A stretch of DNA of 47,480 bases from Lentisphaeria bacterium (GTDB lineage: Bacteria; Verrucomicrobiota; Lentisphaeria; JABSQK01; JAWLHB01): NCBI GenBank assembly GCA_041690595.1, contig JAWLHB010000055.1:1-47480 (forward strand). The letters are read 5' to 3'. The notes below the pieces were generated by a model. It saw only the letters and a list, made by a program, of their open reading frames with translations, made no database searches and was not told where the DNA came from. How positions within the stretch are numbered: position 1 is the stretch's first letter; every line of letters starts with the position of its first letter. Made by a program: the position numbers and the translations under genes. This document shows, piece after piece, positions 43,906-47,480 of this stretch.

Positions 43906-46900
43906 TCACCATTCCTGGTGAGCGGGCCCGGTGGATTCGAGAAGATGGCCGGCGGCGGCGATGCGCCCCTTGGCGCCCAGTGCGAGAATAACCCGTTCGC
44001 CGCGCAGTTGAACGGATCCGCAGGTGCCACTGAAGTGCAGGTCGCCATCGGCAAAGGTGAAGGGCTTGGCGCTGATGAAAAGGTAATCCGTCCCCGCCGG
44101 CGTGACAATCTTCACCCCCTTGCCGTCCGCCAGCGTGGTGCAGACGGGCGGACTCTCCTCCTTCAGGCGCGGATAGACGACGGTCAGGAAGCCGAGTCCC
44201 GGATCGACATCGGCGAGGAGTCCGATCTGCGTCCAATCCCAGCGGCCATACTTGTTCTCGGGGTTGTAGCCCGAGGTGGCGCGGGTCTTGCTTTCGGTAG
44301 CCAGCTTGGCATCGATAGGCCAGGCGAAGAAGACATCCGTGTCGACATCTTCACTGCCGATGACCGTGGCGCCCTGAGGACGCAGCTCGATGGAGTCACA
44401 GGTGAACCACATGCGCCAGGTCGCCGGGACGGGCGTGCGCATGCTGTCGCTGATGACGAAGTAGTTGGGGCCGAGCGGGTCGTCATCCTTGATAAAGGCG
44501 ATCTGGCGAATCCAGTCGTTGTAGACGCTGTGCTGGTAGTCCAGGTGGGTAAAGGGGGTGAGGCGGGTGCCATCGCCGGGCGGCTGCTTGGCCATCGAGG
44601 CGTGAACGTAATCGAGGGCCGCCGTGGTGGCGAACTCCCGCACCTGCATGATGGCGTTGTTGAGCACGGGAATCTCCACCATGCTCTGGTCTTCGATGGG
44701 GGCTCGGCCGGTGTAGCCGAACTCGTCGGCGACAATGCGCCCTTTGCCCCAGAGGGTAATGCTGCCGGAGTCGTAGTCGTAGTGGTGGCAGTTCTCGCCC
44801 GCGATCATGTAGAGCATCGTTTCGCGCGTGGAGGGGAAATGGTGGCGGAGGACGACGCCGGAGCGCGGGAAGAGTTCGCTGCCGTAGGTTGGCGGCTGGG
44901 GCGTGATGGCCTCCGATGGGGCGATCAGCCACTGCCGGTAACCGGCCATGATCGCGGGAAAACCACCCACCTTCGCGGTGTAGGAATTGTGCTCGCGATG
45001 CATCCAGGCCATTTCGGCGGCAAAAGCGGGATCGGCATCCCTCCACATGGCGGCAGCCATACCGAATTCACCGCACCAGGCCATCTTCCAGGTATTGCCC
45101 AGCGGCATGATGGTGCGGGTGCCAAGCAGGCGCGCATCGGGAGGAGTCGAGATCCTGGCCAGCCAGCCGAAGACCAGCTTCATCTTCGGGTCGGTGACAT
45201 GATCGGGATAGCCGCTGTTGCGGGCCGCGATGAAGGCGCCCAGTATGTAGTTGAGGGAGACCATGGCGTAACCGGGCGCTTCGATCCAACCGCCGTTGTC
45301 GTCGGACCAGGTGTCCAGCTCCACATCCTTGAGTTCTCGCAGCCCCTCCCGCACCCAGGCGGCGGCTTCGGGATGACTCGGGAGGAAGCAGCCGAGGAGG
45401 ACCTGGTAGGCGGCGACATGGCTGGTCATATTGGGGTTGGCGCCGAAGCCGCGCAGGGGGGACCAGTAATCCTGCCGCATGACCGTATAACCGAGGAAGG
45501 CTGCCTGCGCGCGAAGGCGGGCCCGCTCCTCGACAGTCAGCACGTCACCGGCAAGCACCGCGTCGGCGAGGCTGAGGGCGGTGAGGATGTCCGTCTGGCT
45601 GTGCGGCATCCAGCCGAAGCTGGCGACGCGTTCCTGGCGGGTCTGAATATCCACTGCTTGCTGCAGCCACTGGATCGCCGTATCGGCCAGGTGTCGGCCC
45701 AGTGTCGGATCGCCGCTGGCGAGGTACGGTGTGATCCAACTGTCCAGCATGTATGGGCTCACCGGCGCGGCGGCAAGCCGTGCAAGCTCCGCCGCCTCAA
45801 CCGTGACGCTCCGGCGCAGCTCGGCCACGTCGGCCGTAGTCATGTAAAGTCGCGGATGCGGGCTCTCCTGATCCGGCCAGGTGAGGAGGTACTCCTTGAT
45901 CCGATCCAGCGGAAATTCCCCCTTGATGAGCGAGAGCTGGGGGAGGGGCGTGGGCGATTCCTCGGCGGCGGGGAAGGAGTCGGCGAGCGGAAAGGCGCCG
46001 ATCATCCAGCGGCGCTGACCGTGATCGAGGCGCAACAGCGCGGTTGCCTCGTCCTGGAGCATGACCACGGGGACGGTGGTGTCGATTGGCCGGCGCAACT
46101 CCACCCAGGCATCGCCATCCCGCGCACCGACCATGAGCAGATTGGCCCCCCCGTCGCGATAGAGCCCGAACCACTTGCCCTGATGACGGGGTCCCCAGAG
46201 CGACCATGGCCGCCACGAGAAGATGGTCCGCTCCTCTTCCGTCGTTTCAATGGGATCGCCCACGGCGCGACCGTTGCTGCCACGCCACTGAAGGTGATCC
46301 GGCGACCAGCCCCGCCCCAGCGCCAGCCCAATGCGCGAGCCATCCCCCAGGTTGAACGCTTCGTCCACATGCACCACCGGCTCCCCGGCCTGGAGCCGAA
46401 AGAGACCGGTCCAGGAGCGGTTGTCGCTGAAGACCGTTCGGCAGGTCACCTCCACCAGAACCGGGCCTTCGATCGTGACCTCCACCGAATGACTGACCAC
46501 AGCTCCCTTCGATTCGAGCCAGGAGCCGCCGATCCAGCCATCGTCACCGAGCAGAATGCCGGCGATGGGGCCCCGGGAGCGACTGATGGGGCCGGTATTC
46601 AGCGCAATGCCGACTATCCCATTGGTGACGCGAAGGGTCTCGCCATCGCGTTCGACCCGCAAGTCGGTCCGGGCGGTCGCCCGCGCCGTGGAAAAGCGGT
46701 AGCTCTGGGTGGAGAGCGGGTCAAGATTGGCGGCAAAGAGAAGCTTGTCGTTGACGATCTGCCAGGGCAACTCCTGCCCTGCGCCATCCACCAGCGCCAG
46801 CGCCGAAGCGACCGACTGCCGGTCTGCCTCGCGAACAGGAAAGGTGACGATCTCATTGCTCCACTGCCGCTTGAGCCACTCCTTGACAGTATACTCTGCC

Positions 46901-46953
46901 CGCGCCAGGCATGTCGTCAGGAGGGTGATCGCCAGATAACCGCAAAACCTCAT
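43906..46953 (-). CDS. Secreted heparinase II/III-like polysaccharide lyase, paralog A
   Basis: Signal peptide; HPRLY, ANPNMTS, GGWIEAPGY, PLGNT, FPRSGVVLR, HHYD.DSGSI.LWGKG, W.RQI.F, YFVISD. Confidence 0.72.
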   Translation of the reverse strand: MRFCGYLAITLLTTCLARAEYTVKEWLKRQWSNEIVTFPVREADRQSVASALALVDGAGQELPWQIVNDKLLFAANLDPLSTQSYRFSTARATARTDLRVERDGETLRVTNGIVGIALNTGPISRSRGPIAGILLGDDGWIGGSWLESKGAVVSHSVEVTIEGPVLVEVTCRTVFSDNRSWTGLFRLQAGEPVVHVDEAFNLGDGSRIGLALGRGWSPDHLQWRGSNGRAVGDPIETTEEERTIFSWRPWSLWGPRHQGKWFGLYRDGGANLLMVGARDGDAWVELRRPIDTTVPVVMLQDEATALLRLDHGQRRWMIGAFPLADSFPAAEESPTPLPQLSLIKGEFPLDRIKEYLLTWPDQESPHPRLYMTTADVAELRRSVTVEAAELARLAAAPVSPYMLDSWITPYLASGDPTLGRHLADTAIQWLQQAVDIQTRQERVASFGWMPHSQTDILTALSLADAVLAGDVLTVEERARLRAQAAFLGYTVMRQDYWSPLRGFGANPNMTSHVAAYQVLLGCFLPSHPEAAAWVREGLRELKDVELDTWSDDNGGWIEAPGYAMVSLNYILGAFIAARNSGYPDHVTDPKMKLVFGWLARISTPPDARLLGTRTIMPLGNTWKMAWCGEFGMAAAMWRDADPAFAAEMAWMHREHNSYTAKVGGFPAIMAGYRQWLIAPSEAITPQPPTYGSELFPRSGVVLRHHFPSTRETMLYMIAGENCHHYDYDSGSITLWGKGRIVADEFGYTGRAPIEDQSMVEIPVLNNAIMQVREFATTAALDYVHASMAKQPPGDGTRLTPFTHLDYQHSVYNDWIRQIAFIKDDDPLGPNYFVISDSMRTPVPATWRMWFTCDSIELRPQGATVIGSEDVDTDVFFAWPIDAKLATESKTRATSGYNPENKYGRWDWTQIGLLADVDPGLGFLTVVYPRLKEESPPVCTTLADGKGVKIVTPAGTDYLFISAKPFTFADGDLHFSGTCGSVQLRGERVILALGAKGRIAAAGHLLESTGPAHQEW

Positions 46954-47001
46954 GGATGGCTCTCCGCTGGGGGGTGTTCGATAGGTATCGACCAGACGAA
47001 G

Positions 47002-47045
47002 GATAGCTTACCGCTATCATAATGCTATTACCAGAACGAGTTCAA
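47002..47045 (-). promoter_or_regulatory. Possible promoter and overlapping operator for the lyase pair
   Basis: Minus strand TTGAAC (47045-47040) - 18 bp - TATGAT (47021-47016); palindrome GATAGC-N5-GCTATC at 47002-47018. Confidence 0.45.
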
Positions 47046-47130
47046 CTATTTCCTCTTGCTATCGGCCACGGCACCCCATTGCACCCATCTCCGCGTAAGA
47101 GCCTCAAAGGCAGCCAGTGCGATAGTGACG

Positions 47131-47238
47131 ATGGACGATATGGACGATATGGACGATATGGACGATATGGACGATATGGACGATATGGACGATATGGACG
47201 ATATGGACGATATGGACGATATGGACGATATGGACGAT
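47131..47238. repeat. 9-bp microsatellite (ATGGACGAT) x12, running into an assembly gap
   Basis: Twelve exact units at 47131-47238; ATGGACG resumes at 47339 after the Ns. Confidence 0.95.
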
Positions 47239-47338
47239 NNNNNNNNNNNNNNNNNNNNNNNNNNNNNNNNNNNNNNNNNNNNNNNNNNNNNNNNNNNNNN
47301 NNNNNNNNNNNNNNNNNNNNNNNNNNNNNNNNNNNNNN
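47239..47338. other. Scaffold gap (100 N)
   Basis: Run of exactly 100 Ns, a typical placeholder length. Confidence 0.98.
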
Positions 47339-47480
47339 ATGGACGGTGGAATCTTGTGCCCGGGGCACTGGTGGTACACGTGGTGGACGCAACCCCTTAT
47401 GGTATTTGATTATTTATTTGGACGGATAGCCTCAAGTTCATCGCGAATGCCCGCGGCGGTCTGGTTGGAGCCGCTGGCGA

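Noticed and set aside
43885..47022. Long antisense ORFs (e.g. 43885-47022 +, 14958-17714 -, 31126-33288 -, 1392-3068 -)
   Set aside because: Shadow frames of real GC-rich genes on the opposite strand, with no recognisable motifs.
47022..47429. ORFs with (GRY)n, (MDD)n, (RPY)n or (HIV)n repeats
   Set aside because: They are translations of the 9-bp microsatellite and the N gap, with no coding context.

Overview
GC-rich bacterial scaffold segment. The gene content (DUF1559/H-X9-DG-type prepilin-like proteins, a GntR-LacI fusion regulator, many unclassified glycan-active proteins) suggests a PVC-superphylum organism such as Lentisphaerota; this is an inference. The left ~7.5 kb is housekeeping-like: radC, ilvB-ilvN, a lipoprotein and oppA-oppB. 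The rest is accessory and dominated by carbohydrate catabolism: (i) a TauE / putative glycosidase / AraC module; (ii) an orphan secreted protein divergent from a 1842-aa delta-60/Ig/beta-propeller/Calx-beta surface protein; (iii) a divergent locus with TauE + TIM-barrel protein + URO-D-like protein on one side, and on the other a GntR-LacI regulator, two pilin-like genes and five hydrolase-type genes (pseudo-PHP protein, GH38-like, unknown TIM barrel, CE7, GH78); (iv) a yitJ-like methyltransferase/MTHFR fusion; (v) two tandem heparinase II/III-like paralogs. The best candidate for an under-described system is the pilin-associated polysaccharide-utilisation locus, which has no SusC/D, TonB-dependent, ABC or MFS transporter. 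Non-coding oddities are a 36-bp copy of a gene 3' end bracketing the first tauE, a 25-bp tandem array with an inverted partner at the left edge, and a 9-bp microsatellite running into a 100-N gap at the right edge. I saw no rRNA, tRNA, CRISPR array, integrase, transposase or reverse transcriptase. All family calls come from motif recognition by eye, not from database searches.
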